From: Octopus sinensis
Taxonomy: Eukaryota
Direction of reading: 5' to 3'
Length of the DNA stretch: 64,000 bases
NCBI RefSeq assembly: GCF_006345805.1
Contig: NC_043009.1
Span: 37,386,001-37,450,000 of the forward strand
Shown here: one piece after another, positions 50,884 to 64,000 of the stretch
Layout: each line of letters begins with the position of its first letter
How positions within the stretch are numbered: the first letter of the stretch is position 1
Notes under the pieces: model-generated
Database searches by the model: none
Seen by the model: only the letters and a program-made list of their open reading frames with translations
Told to the model about the DNA's origin: nothing
Translations under genes and position numbers: made by a program

Positions 50884-51100
50884 CTCTTTTACTCTTTTCT
50901 TTTACTTGTTTCAGTCATTTGACTGCGGCCATGCTGGAGCACCGCCTTTAGTCGAGCAACTCAACCCCGGGACTTATTCTATTTGTAAGCCCAGTACTTA
51001 TTCCATCGGTCTCTTTTTGCCGAACCGCCAAGTGACGGGGACGCAAGCACACCACCATCGGTTGTCAAGCAATGCTAGGGGAACAAACACAGACACTCAA

Positions 51101-51131
<31 letters not shown>

Positions 51132-51302
51132 CATATATACGACAGGCTTCTTTCAGTTTCCGTCTACCAAATCCACTCACAAGGCATTGGTCGGCCCGGG
51201 GCTATAGCAGAAGACACTTGCCCAAGATGCCACGCAATGGGACTGAACCCGGAACCATGTGGTTGGTTAGCAAGCTACTTACCACACAGCCACTCCTGCG
51301 CC
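50884..51302 (-). mobile_element. Full-length SINE family B
   Basis: tRNA-like head ggcgcaggagtggctgtgtggtaag...ggttcagtccca, CORE-like cttgggcaagtgtctt, LINE-like 3' end and (gtaaaaga)n tail. Confidence 0.9.
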
Positions 51303-51434
<132 letters not shown>

Positions 51435-52187
51435 TATATATATGTAATATATATATATATATATATATTTCTTTTACTTTTGAAGTTAAAAGTTTTTGAT
51501 GTTTTATATGGGTATACATGTAAACGATGATGTATGAAATTATATTCAGAAGCAAAAATAATAAATAAATAAATAAATAAACAAATTATCGTTATTATTA
51601 TTAGTATTAGTATTAGTATTATTTATGATATCAATATTCGAAAAAATAATAAAGATGTTCATATCATGCTTAACAGACACGGACAAACAATCAATGATTG
51701 TTTCAATGATTGCATCCTTCTTTTCAATACGATAGAATACGATTGCAAATAAAACCAAACTTCTACCAAATCATTTACATACAATATAACATACAGAACA
51801 TTGAAATTTTTCAATCTCTTATTTTGCAAATGAAACAATGCACTTTTATTCTGCATTTTGATCTGGGTCGAGTCTCCAAAGGGAAATAGTTTTTAAAAAA
51901 AAAAAAAAAAATGGGAAATGAAAAATAAATATGCACTAGAATTTATTTCAATAATTAATGTAGTGAAACGATTGAATGGATGAGCACATGAATAAATAAA
52001 TGTATGTATGTATGTATGTATGTATGTATGTATGTAGTATGTATGTATGTATGTATGTATGTATGTATGTATGTATAGATAGATACATACATACATACAT
52101 ACATACATACATACATAAATACATACATACATAAATAGATAGATAGATAGATATATAGATATGTAGGTAGGTAGGTAGATAGGTAGG

Positions 52188-52267
<80 letters not shown>

Positions 52268-53036
52268 ACCCCATTATTTCTTACCTACTATATTTTTAAT
52301 CAAGCGCTTTGTTTCATTTTTTTTATTTTGGGTTTACTTTTACAATAGAATAAATGAATAAAGCTCAAAATAAAGTTGGTTTTGCAAAGAGTGACAAGAT
52401 AGGATTTTTTTTCTTTTATTCATTTAGTAGTTTCACTCAAGCACGACCGTCGAATAGTTTTTAGTCGACAATAGCGAATTTAGCACTTTGGCTGATGTTT
52501 ATTTATGTTATAGACGTCGGTAGGAATCGATGATTGAAGTCAAAAAGATGCGATGGGGAGGGCACTAACAAGAAGCGTATTATTGCAAAGTATTTTCACT
52601 TAACACATCAACTCTTTTATATATTTTTTATTTGCGATTAAACTCTAAGAGAAACACACACTCACGCGCGCGCGCGTCTGTTTTAATGTCGAGTTGTAAA
52701 AGACAGATTTATAATTAAACCCAGTACATTTTTGTAGAGCATTTATATATATAAAGAATGTGTGTGTGTCTGTCTGTGTGTCTGTGAGAATTCCTAAACT
52801 TGAGAACTACACAACCAATTTCATTCAAATTTTACACATACCTTACTAAGGGTCATGGACAAAAAATTCTTTTAACTTCTTGCCTAGGGCGAGCCCACAG
52901 CAATATCATATCTTCTCCACTATTTCAGTATTACGTGTCAAAAGGGAAACAAAAACATCTCTCTATGGTAATGTCAAATGCTTTCACTTTAATACTGAAA
53001 CTATTAAAGTGAAACTATTATATAAGAGGGATGAAA

Positions 53037-53148
53037 TGTAAGCAGATATCCATTATGCTAGAAGAAGATCCGCTATGGTCTTACCACTAACAAAAGAATG
53101 GTAAGACCATAGTGGATCTTCTTCTAGCATAATGGATGTCCACTTACA
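53037..53148. repeat. Fold-back inverted repeat, about 50-bp arms, 12-nt loop
   Basis: ccattatgctagaagaagatccgctatggtcttacca pairs with tggtaagaccatagtggatcttcttctagcataatgg. Confidence 0.9.
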
Positions 53149-53276
53149 GGTTATCCTTCTTATATGCTACACCACTGGTTTTAAATTGATATTAATCAAA
53201 TTAATAGTCAATTTTTCCACCCTTATTATTTTAAATTTAAATTACATGTATATATTACATGTATATATATATATAC

Positions 53277-53318
<42 letters not shown>

Positions 53319-53589
53319 TATATATATATATACATGTATATATATGGATGTATATATATATACATGTATATATATTATATATATATAGATATATATATAT
53401 ATAATAATAATATAAATAATAAATATTAGGGAATAAATCCAATTTACAGGGAAAAAAATCAGATTTAGGATTAATCGATTTTATAGTAAAATATTATAAA
53501 ATATTATTCGAGACAAAACCACTATTTTGCAAAACAACAAGGAAAGACTTAATCAATACATAAATTTTAATAAATAGTCAAAAAAACCG

Positions 53590-53632
53590 CCACTACAATC
53601 GTTTTCTTGTCTGATCGACAATCTTCAGGTGG
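53590..53632 (-). ncRNA. Type I hammerhead ribozyme motif
   Basis: Minus strand ccac-CTGAAGA-ttgtc(gatca)gacaa-GAAAAc(gatt)-GTA-gtgg, with one extra A. Confidence 0.7.
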
Positions 53633-56600
53633 ACTTCCAATCTAAAAAATCAATATTTAAAAATAAAATAATAATTTTAAAATAATTAAAGTATGAATGA
53701 AAAAATATAATATATAATCCATATATAACCTATCTATAATCCATATATAATCAATATATAAACAATATATAAAAAACTAAAAAACCCTATCAACAATAAA
53801 TATAAATATAAAATATAAAAATAAAATATAAATATAAAACAAAACAAAAAAAAAATAATAATATATAATATTAAACTATATATAACCCCATACGCATATA
53901 CCTAATTTATATAACCATATCTAACTACATACACTAAATCACACACCACCTATATATATTCCCTATACATACACATAAAAATGTCTAGGCAACTATAAAT
54001 AAATAATAGCTAACACTTCAACACAATACTTATTCATACTCCCCCACACACACACACATACAACCCACATTCACGCTCTAGAAAATGGACATCACTCAAA
54101 ACTATGAACGGAGAAATAGAATAAATGGAATTAAAAATTATATTCACTTGGTAAAACGAACACTACTTAAAAATTATTATGAAACAATGCAATAAAACAA
54201 CAGACATCGCAAATAGACACAATTACTACAAATTCCTTATCAAACCTACCATGATAACCAAACTCATAAAAACATATAATGATAAAATCTCCCTTTACTA
54301 AACTCTATAACAAACCTATCTAGCAATCCCCCCCTAACCTAAACATTCACACACAAATACACACACGTAAACCACACACCCACGACATATACAATACCCA
54401 CACCACTTACACATACCATACATACATATAAACCTCAACATATACTCCAAAAACCCACTCAACCCCACACAGACAAATAAAACAAAAAAATTATAATGGA
54501 TTCTTTTATAAAACTACCATGATAAGCTAAAACTCACAAAACAGAAATGATAAAACCTCCCTTTACTAACACTAAAACATACTTATATAGCATTCCTTTA
54601 ACCTATACATTCACACACAAAACCACTCGTAAACCACACACCCATAACAAATACAAACCCACCCCACTCACACACACCCACAGTACATATAAGCCTCAAC
54701 ATTTACACCAAACAAAATTACTTTACCAAGAACTTAACATATATTATAAAAAGTATAACCGCTCTGGAAACGAACATCTCTAAATTAATGAATGGAGAAA
54801 TGGAATACATGGAATTAAATAATAATTCACGTGGCAAAACGAACACCCCCCTCAAAAATTATGAATGAAACAATATAATAAACAACCAACATCGAAAAAA
54901 GACAAATACACGAATTCCCTAAAAAAAAAAAAAAAAAAAACCATGATAAACCAAAACTCTTAAAAAACATATAACGATAAAATCTCCCTATGCTAAACTC
55001 TATAACAAACCTATAATAGTAATCCCCCTAACCTAACATTCACACACAAACACACACGTAAACCACAGACCCACGACTTATACACATACCTAAACTAACT
55101 TATAAACCTCCATATACACCAAAACCCACTCCCTCCCACACAGACAAATTAACTCATACATCCCAAAACCTAAATAACAAACCCCTATACACATTCACAA
55201 CACAAACACACACACCGCAAAACACACACACACAACAGATACATACTACTACCCTCTCCCATTACGCATATACATACTCACTAAACTCAATATATACAAC
55301 AATATTAACACACCCACACTCATACAGATAAATAAATTATACAACTAAAAACTCGCACACAATCTCATATACATAAACACTCCTATGAAAACAACATTAA
55401 ATACATCTTAATTAACCAGAATATCAAAAATACAATATGACATACTTACAATTCATGTCAAATTATGAAGTGAAATTAAATTCTTAGCCGTTAAAAAAAT
55501 CAAACCAAAATTACGTTTACCATAGAAATAACTTATGTAAAAAAAGACTAACAAACAACTTGCAGTAACCAATCCCATTCTCTATGCTACCTCACTACTA
55601 CACTATTCCATTCACAATTCCAAACAACACTAGTCCCCCTCCCGTTTCCAGAGCGGTTTATACTTTTTATTATATGTTAAGTTCCTTGGTAAAGTAATTT
55701 TGTTTGGTGTATATGTTGAGGCTTATATGTACTTGTGGGTGTGTGAGTGGGGTGGGTGTTTGTATTTGTTATGGTGTGTGGTTTACGAGTGGTTTTGTGT
55801 GTGAATGTATGGTTAAAGGAATTGCTATATAAGTATGTTTTAGTGTTTAGTAAGGGAGGTTTTATCTTCTGTTTTGTGAGTTTTAGCTTCATGGTAGTTT
55901 TAAAAAGAATCCATTATAATTTTTTTGTTTTTATTTGTCTGTGTGGGGTTGAGTGGGTTTTTGGAGTATATGTTGAGGTTTATATGTATGTATTGGTATG
56001 TGTAAGTGGTGTGGGTATTTGTATATGTCGTGGGTGTGTGGTTCGTGTGTGTATTTGTGTGGAATGTTTAGTTAGGGGATTGCTATATAGGTTTGTTATA
56101 GGTTTAGTAAAGGGAGATTTTATCATTATATTTTTTTATGAGTTTTGGTTATCATGGTAGGTTTGATAAGGAATTTGTAGTAATTTGTGTCTATTTGCGA
56201 TGTCTGTTGTTTTATTGCATTGTTTTCATTAATATTTTTAAGTTGTTCGTTTTACCAGTGAATATAATTTTTAATTCCATTTATTCTATTTCTCCGTTCA
56301 TAGTTTTGAGTGATTCCATTTTCTAGAGCGTGAATGTGGGTTGTATGTGTGTGTGTGTGGGAGTATGAATAAGTTTGTGTTGAAGTGTTTAGCTATTTTA
56401 TTTATTTATAGTTGCCTAGACATTTTTATGTGTATGTATAGGGATATATATATAGGTGTGTGATTTAGTGTATGTAGTTAGATATGGTTATATATAATTA
56501 GGTATATGCGTTCGTATGGTGTATATATAGTTTAATATATTTATTATTATTTTTTTTTTGTTTTGTTTTATATTTTATATTTTATATTTTATATTTTATA

Positions 56601-56773
56601 TTTTATATTTAATTGTTGATAGGTTTTTTTTAGTTTATATATTGTTTATATATTGATTATATATGGATTATAGATAGGTTATATATGGATTATATACTTA
56701 TATTTTTCATTCATACTTTAATTATTTTAAAATTATTATTTTATTTTAAATATTGATTTTTTAGATTGGAAGT

Positions 56774-56815
56774 CCACCTGAAGATTGTCGATCAAGACAA
56801 GAACGATTGTAGTGG
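56774..56815 (+). ncRNA. Type I hammerhead ribozyme motif (inverted-arm copy)
   Basis: ccac-CTGAAGA-ttgtc(gatcaa)gacaa-GAAc(gatt)-GTA-gtgg, one A short. Confidence 0.65.
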
Positions 56816-56989
56816 CGGTTTTTTTTTGACTATTTATTAAAATTTATGTATTGATTAAGTCTTTCCTTGTTTGTTTTGCAAAATAGTGGTTTTGTCTCGA
56901 ATAATATTTTATATATATATATATATAGATGTATATGTATAGCTGTATATGTATAGATGTATATGTATAGATGTATTCTATACATATAC

Positions 56990-57238
56990 ACCGCCGGAAG
57001 TTCTTGTTGACAAACAACACCAGTAATTTTATTCAGCTGAATACACGTCATTAATTGGTCGAAATTACCGAAATAGGACAACTTTAACGTGAAATAACTT
57101 CGTAAATATAAGTTTTTCTCAAAAATGCTAAGAGTAAAAGATGTTTTATATGACACATTCTACCAGTGTCCGAAGTTGGAAAGTGTTTAGTTACAAAAAA
57201 TTATTTTTTAAATCTGTAGGTCAAAAGGTAAAGATCCC
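56990..57238. mobile_element. Single arm of a MITE related to 58528-59253
   Basis: tgacacattctaccagt...aaagtgtttagtta...tcaaaaggtaaagatcc resembles the right TIR at 59165-59253. Confidence 0.6.
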
Positions 57239-57326
57239 ACTTAAACACTGGGGTTGATATAATCGACCTGACCTGAACTTGCTGGTCTTTTGACAAAATT
57301 TGAAATCATTATTATAACCTTAATTA

Positions 57327-57540
57327 AGGCGGTGAGCTGGGAAAATCGTTAGCGCCTCCGACAAAATACTTAGCGGCATTTCTTCTGAATCTTTGAGTTG
57401 TGAGTTCAAATCCCGCCGAGGTCAGATTCGCCTTTCCTTCTTTCGAAATCGATAAAATAAAGTGCCACTTAATTACTGGGGTGGGGAGCAGACTTGCTTC
57501 TTCTCCTCAAAATTGCTGATCTTGTGCCAAAATTAGAAAT
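57327..57540 (+). mobile_element. SINE family A
   Basis: aaggcggtgagctggg...gagttcaaatcccgccgaggtc. Confidence 0.75.
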
Positions 57541-58527
57541 AATTATTACCTTCATTTATGAGTTATAGAACATAATAAAATAATTCAATAAATTAATGTG
57601 GTCTACCATCAACTTACTGACTGCTTCTGACTCGTGAGCGAAAAAAAAAAGCTACAAACCCTTGATCTAGGCATCCATTAGCTGTCTTCTTTTTCTTTTA
57701 GAACCGGGGTTTGTAAACGTATATACTGGTTTCAAATTTTGGCACAAGGCCCGCAAGTTCGGGAGAATAGGAAGTACGATTACATCGACCCCAGTGCTCA
57801 ACTGGTACTGGTATGAAGTCACCAGACCCGTAGAAATTCTATAAGAAATATGAGTTATTCATCTTCACTACAAAATCACTATAATGAAATAGCAAAAGAA
57901 ATATGAAATATAGAACACTGTTACTGTTGCTTTCCACACTACCATGATAACGTACAACAAACAAACAACTACCGCTTTCACAAACAAAGAAACACAACCA
58001 CTCCAAAACTAAAGAAGCAAAATTTCCCACCGTCACCACGAGTAACCAAAGCGACGATTCATGCAATAAAGAAATAAGCTTCCCTACTATTGATACAACC
58101 ACTTGAAGCAATAAACAAACAAATGACTATTACATTTTTTTTCTTTTCTTTAATAATAAAATTTACGAAGTCATTATCGAAGATCGATCTTCTCATGCGT
58201 TAAATCACATACAAATTTTCAAGAATATGAATTGTTGTCAAATGAAAATTATTCACTGTCGTCGTTTCTTTGGCGCTACTACAGTCTCCACCACTATGAA
58301 GTCGGCATAAACTCTAGGGAGACACGGATGCAATATTTTATTGACATTATGCAGTTCATATATTTTAATGCAAATGTCAGCTAATTTTTCGCGGTATTTC
58401 ACAATGATCAATAAAAATAAAATAAAATCGATAAGAATTATTTTTAATTAGCTTCATAAATGTTTGAGCAGTTTCTTTTTTATGCAAAAATGTATTTCTA
58501 AAGTAAACTCTCTCAGCTAAGGTTCTG

Positions 58528-59253
58528 GGATTTTTTCATTTGAACGGGCAGTTCTCAACACAATTTCTAGTTAACTAAACACTTTTAAACTTCGTATACT
58601 GGTAGAATGTGTCAAAATAAAACATTTTTTCTCTTGGCTTTCTTGAGAAAATTGTAATTTGTAAGTGTAACGTAGTTTAATTTTTCGAATTTTAACCAAT
58701 CGATGGCCTCTACTGAGCTAAAATCATTTGCTGCGTCTAAAACTGAGACAACATCCTGTCACTAACCCTAACCCTAAATTTTAGCCTTTCTTTTTTTTCT
58801 TAATTGTTAAATTAATTTAATTGTTACGCGTGTGTCTAAAATTATTCGTTTTGTTTTTGTTTTGAGTTTTTGCTTTCGTTTTAGCCTTTCGTTTTTTTTT
58901 TCTTAATTGTTAAATTAATTTAAGGATAACAGGCTAAAATTTAGGGTTAGGGTTAGTGTTAGGGTTAGGGTTAGTGCTAGGGTTAGGGTTAGGGTTAGGG
59001 TTAGGGTTAGGGTTAGGGTTAGTTACAGGATGTCTCAGTTTTAGACGCAGCAAATGATTTTAGCTCAATAGAGGCCATCGATTGGTTAAAATTCGAAAAA
59101 TTAAACTACGTTAAACTCACAAATTACAATTTTCTCAAGAAAGCCAAGAGAAAAATTGTTTTATTTTGACACATTCTACTAGTATACGAAGTTTAAAAGT
59201 GTTTAGTTAACTAGAAATTGTATTGAAAACTGCCGTTCAAAAGGAAAAGATCC
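58528..59253. mobile_element. MITE/fold-back DNA element with about 250-bp TIRs, internal telomeric repeats and an 8-bp TSD
   Basis: Ends GGAT...ATCC. TSD aggttctg (58520-58527) / aggtcctg (59254-59261). (CCCTAA) at about 58762-58777 and (TTAGGG)n at about 58941-59022. Confidence 0.85.
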
Positions 59254-60116
59254 AGGTCCTGTTTTAATCTGACACATCAAACTTGCTCAAATGTTTATTT
59301 CAAATTTTACATATTGAGAAGTATTTCATTTCAAATTTTGCACTACAGTGATGTGAACTCATTACACATAACCAAAAAGTATTATAAAAATTGTATAATG
59401 CTGCTACTAATGATAAAGATGGTGATGGCTATGCCACCACAACCAACAAACAAGTCAATAACTTTAACACATAAACGTCACCCCACTCTGTATCTCTCTT
59501 CTCTCTCTCTCTCTCTTCTCATTTGCTATAACCATCATCAATGTTACTGCCTTACTTTACTTAGAATTACTTTCCTTAGTGTCACAAATTCCTTACGTCA
59601 AAGTTAAAAAATATCAATATTTTAATTATATCTAATAAAATGAAAACAAAAATGCATATTCACAAGTATAGAAAATTAATCATTTTATAATTAAAATCAT
59701 TTGTTGAAGAAGATGAATATGTAATACAGGATACAACTGGTAATTATTTTATCTTTTATGAATAATGAAAAGCAAAATTAATCTGGGAGATAATGAGGTA
59801 CCACAAATTCCATACTCTGAAATGCTATGAAATTTGGTACCAACGCGTACCTCGAGCCCACATTCCGTACAACCCATCTCTCTCAATTCACGAAGGTGTC
59901 TGCTTTCCCCACCTCCATCATATCTGGAACCGTCAATATATTCACATTTCTTTCTGGTAGTCATACATCTCCAACACCGACAATACTAACTCAAAGACTA
60001 AATTAACTGTTATTCTGGATTCTCTACATCAGTTACTATCTACACTTATTTATATCCTTAGCAGACTCACTAACACACCAGACACCCTTGTTCTCTTAAG
60101 TTAAGGACTTATATAT

Positions 60117-60347
60117 ATTTCTTTATTGCCCCAAAAGGGTTAAACATAGAGGGGACAAACAAGGACAGACAAAGGGGTTAAGTCGATAACATCGACCCCA
60201 GTGCGTAACTGGTACTTATTTAATCGACCCCCAAAGAATGAAAGGCAAAGTCGACCTCGGCGGAATTTGAACTCAGAATGTAACGGCAGACGAAATGCCG
60301 TTAAGCATTTCGCCCGGCATGTTAACGATTCTGCCAGCTCGCCGCCC
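60117..60347 (-). mobile_element. SINE family A, full length
   Basis: Head ggcggcgagctggcagaatcgtt through to aataaagaaa. The flank taagttaaggacttatat is repeated on both sides (about 60097-60114 and 60350-60367), consistent with a TSD. Confidence 0.88.
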
Positions 60348-61002
60348 TATAAGTTAAGGACTTATATCATCCATATGACACACACCTTAACTTCCCTCGC
60401 ACAAGCATCGTCGACACATGACCTAAACATCATATAGCCCTACATTATTTCCTTAAGAAGGTGCTTCAATAGGGAAATGACAATCCAGACTTTTTCAATA
60501 GCACAGATTGTTAGATATTTAATCATTTTATGTTTCAGAGAAATAGCATTGTGTCTCTCCCTCTCAATTCAAGAATAACACATGACTAAAACTCTTAAAA
60601 TCTTTATATATATATATATATATTAGTCTCGATAACCTTTGCTGATTTCTTTTGGTGACCACACGTATATGATATATCAAGACCGTATCACAAAGAATAG
60701 GATTCTTCTTTAAAACCAGGAAATACATCGGCTATGATCAGTTGACGTTTCTCTACAAATCTCGAGTAAGACCGCATAAGACTTATACTCAAATATTTTA
60801 GATGTTTGTGCTACATACAAACATATCTACGCATTCAAAGAAAGTCGTTCCACTGATCGGTTCCACTGAACAACAGAAACTCACTGTAGTCACGTCTGCC
60901 ACCGGTTTGTAATCGAGTGGTTTCTCCTTTCTGCCTATTTTATCTCACTTCGCCCAATCTTTGCTTTCCAAAACTGCAACCTTATGGAATTACTTCCACC
61001 TC

Positions 61003-61067
<65 letters not shown>

Positions 61068-61875
61068 GTCCTGCAAATACCAACCAACAGACGTTCAAGT
61101 TACTTCTTCAATCTTATTGGTCTCTTATGACCAGGAAATGTCACAGACACTGCTTTGTTTTCTTTCACTGTCTTGCGAAAATTAATCCATCCATCATTCA
61201 CCCTCTTCTCCCACATCACTGCGCTACTATTCACATCATAATATAGAAAGAATAGTTACAATTACACCAAAGGCAATTATTGTTATTGTTTATAGATTTA
61301 TCTCATTTCAATCTCATTTAATTTTCAGACTCGTTATTTCTATAATATTCTCTTAGCTACATTTAATGATGCTGAATTTCCTGGCATAAGCCTATTCACA
61401 TAATTCAAATTATAATTATTCTCTTAGCAGACTTTAGTGTAGTTATATCCTCTACGAAATGTCCTTCCAGATTATTCGAATTACGACGATTATCGGAGAT
61501 TAGAATACTTTATCCTTATTCTTCATTTGTTCATTTCGTTTTTCTTTTTTTTTTATTGTTTTCGCCAGTTGTTTCGTTTCATAAAACTTTTATAGCAACT
61601 GACCACATCTGGTTTGGATTATTATGGATTGTAGTTGTTCACATTTGTGAATCTTTAATTTAATCCTTCCTTTTCTAAATTTATTTACTATTTAATTTTA
61701 AAAGATGACTATTACTGTTGCTACTGCTTTCTAACATAAATACGAGTTGATTGGTTAAGTACTCTACGGATATCGAACAGAAACAATAAAAGTTAAGATG
61801 ATTTCAGTGAGATTTCAACTCAGACCGCAAATACACAATACAAATAACACAAAGTATTTTAGTTGTCATTTTATT

Positions 61876-62056
61876 GAGCTTGCTTACCAACCACATGGCT
61901 CCGGGTTCAGTCCCACTGCGTGGCACCTTGGGCAAGTGTCTTCTACTATAGCCTCGGGCCGACCAAAGCCTTGTGGATTGGTAGACAGAACTGAAAGAAG
62001 CCCGTCGTATTATATGTGTATATAATATAATATATTATTATATATATTATATTATA

Positions 62057-62113
<57 letters not shown>

Positions 62114-62358
62114 GTTGTGTGTGTGTGTGTGTGTGTGTGTGTGAGTTTGTGTTCTGTGTTTGTCCCTCCAACTCTTCGCTTGACAACCGATGGTGGTGTA
62201 TTTACGTCCCCGTAACTTAGCGGTTCGGCAAAAGAGACCGATAGAAAATGAGTACTAGGCTTACAAAGAATAAGTCCTGGGGTCGATTTGCTCGACTAAA
62301 GGCGGTGCTCCAGCATGGCCACAGTCAAATGACTGAAACAAGTAAAAGAGTAAAAGAG
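61876..62358 (+). mobile_element. SINE family B with an expanded internal microsatellite
   Basis: ccgggttcagtcccactgcgtggcaccttgggcaagtgtctt...ggcggtgctccagcatggccacagtcaaatgactgaaac and a (gtaaaaga) tail. Confidence 0.9.
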
Positions 62359-62479
62359 ATAGTGACTTCGTAGTTTGAAACCTTGACATAAATTAATAAT
62401 GGATCGATATATAAATCGCGGTAAACAACCTTAATCTTATTTTAGAGACTGCAACAACAGCAAAAACAATAATTCTTCC

Positions 62480-63305
62480 TAATTTTGGAACAAGGCCAGC
62501 CATTTTAGGAGGAGAGGTTAGTTGCTTACATCAACTCCAGTACTAGAATGGTACTTTATTTTATCGACCCCGAAAGGATAAAAGGCAAAGCTGACTTCGG
62601 CGGCATTTGAATTCAGTTCCGGAAAAGGTGTTACTAAGCCTTCTGTCCGGCATGCTAGCGATTCTACCAGCTCGCCACTTTGGCAACCCTTTATTATCTT
62701 GGCATAAGGCCAGCAATTATGAGGGAAAAAGAAGTCGATTACGTCGACTCCAGTGCACTCTGGTGGTTATTTTATTGACCCCGAAAGGATAAAAGGCAAA
62801 TCGACCTCGGAGGTATTTCAAATCAGAACGTAAAGACTGACGAGCTGCCGCTAAGCATTTTGTCCGGCGTGCTTAGCGATTCTGTCAGCTCGCCGCCTTA
62901 ATAAGAAGAATTCTTTCTACTTAGACACAAGGTCTGAAAATGTTAGTGAGAGAGAGCTAGTCGATTACATCGACCGCAGTGGTACCCAGCAGGTGCATAT
63001 TTTGTTAATTAGAAAGGCAAAAATTGAACTCCGCAGTATTTGAACACAGAATATGATGCAATCTTCCAACGTGCTAACGATTCTGCCAGCTCGCCGCGTT
63101 AATAATTAGGATTTCTTTAAGTGGTTTCTTTAGTCATTTTGCACAAGAGTAGCAATACTAAGAGAAGGGATAAGTCAATTACATCAATCCCATTGCTCAG
63201 TTAGTACTTGTTTTATCAACCTCGGTAGGATTTGAACTCAGAACATAGATTATTATGAAATACGAGACTAAATGAGAGTGCTCGACGCAATCTTTTTCTG
63301 CCACT
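62480..63305 (-). mobile_element. Head-to-tail cluster of about 4 SINE family A copies
   Basis: Unit caaggccagc...acatcgac.ccagt...gaaaggataaaaggcaaa...gattct.ccagctcgcc recurs about every 210-220 bp. Confidence 0.8.
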
Positions 63306-63885
63306 AACAAATTGTCAGTATGAGATTTTATTGTTGTTTAATAAACCTTAAAAAGGTCGTACCAGCCGTTGCAATCTCGTTATCATTCTTTCAGATGCAA
63401 TATACCTATGGCTATAATGGCCACAGTACACATTTATTTTTAAGACCGCAGGGTACAGTTTGAGGGAAATTTTTATTGACTTCATTTAAACAAGTCAGGC
63501 AACCGTACTGAAGCTTCCAAAATAATTTTTTTTTTGTCGTTGTTGAAAATCATGTTGTATATTTCTGGTCTGATTAAATGCAGCATTTAAGGACTAAACT
63601 ATAATCACGGACGTTGTGCTAATAGTAGAATGCGAGATAACAATATAATGGCAATGATGTGTTTCCAATTGTGGATTAGCAGGGTCAGTAGAGCGTCCAA
63701 CAGAACAATTACAGTCAATCTTATGAAAACCAACAGGGAATCAATAGCAGGCATTAACGGTAAGCGTTTTAAATGATATATGTGTGTATACATATACTAT
63801 ATATCTACAAAGTTATGGTAGATATATAAAATATATATTTTTACGTATATTATATATACATATGTGTATGTATATATATATATGG

Positions 63886-63951
<66 letters not shown>

Positions 63952-64000
63952 ATATATATATACACTATATATACATATGGTGTGTGTGTATGTATGTATA

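Larger units (their letters stand above)
53497..56911. mobile_element. Large inverted repeat (about 1.27-kb arms, about 0.87-kb spacer), PLE-pLTR-like, with a hammerhead near each outer end
   Basis: 53497-54772 is the reverse complement of about 55642-56911. Strong AC/GT strand skew and internal diverged duplications. Confidence 0.85.

Noticed and set aside
52740-52990. Possible Helitron-type non-autonomous 5' end
   Set aside because: Only general resemblance; no 3' hairpin or CTAG end was found.
58941-59022. True telomere or chromosome-fusion scar
   Set aside because: The tract is short and lies inside the TIRs of an element with a TSD.
59750-61400. Very old LINE C-terminal traces
   Set aside because: Too degraded to support a family call by eye.

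Overview
AT-rich, microsatellite-saturated eukaryotic DNA. The SINE/LINE repertoire and TTAGGG repeats suggest an octopus or other coleoid cephalopod (inference). Most ORF-track entries are microsatellite artefacts. Supported content: one probable host exon on the minus strand (3837-4498, encoding a signal peptide); a near full-length CR1-group LINE (about 33214-38852) with a tandem-repeat 5' region and an unusual ORF1 (Myb/SANT trihelix-like plus CCCH zinc finger); Gypsy, RTE, CR1, Tc1 and mariner remnants; three tRNA-derived SINE families; a MITE carrying telomeric repeats; several fold-back hairpins; and Penelope-like element (PLE) remnants. The main hidden signal is about 14 type I hammerhead-ribozyme motifs read by eye from the sequence. 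Several have palindromic stem III (dimer type) and two have compensatory core changes (A3-U8, U3-A8). They lie in tandem or inverted non-coding repeats of about 530-560 nt that look like PLE-mobilised retrozymes. No folding or database search was run; all calls are by-eye pattern recognition.
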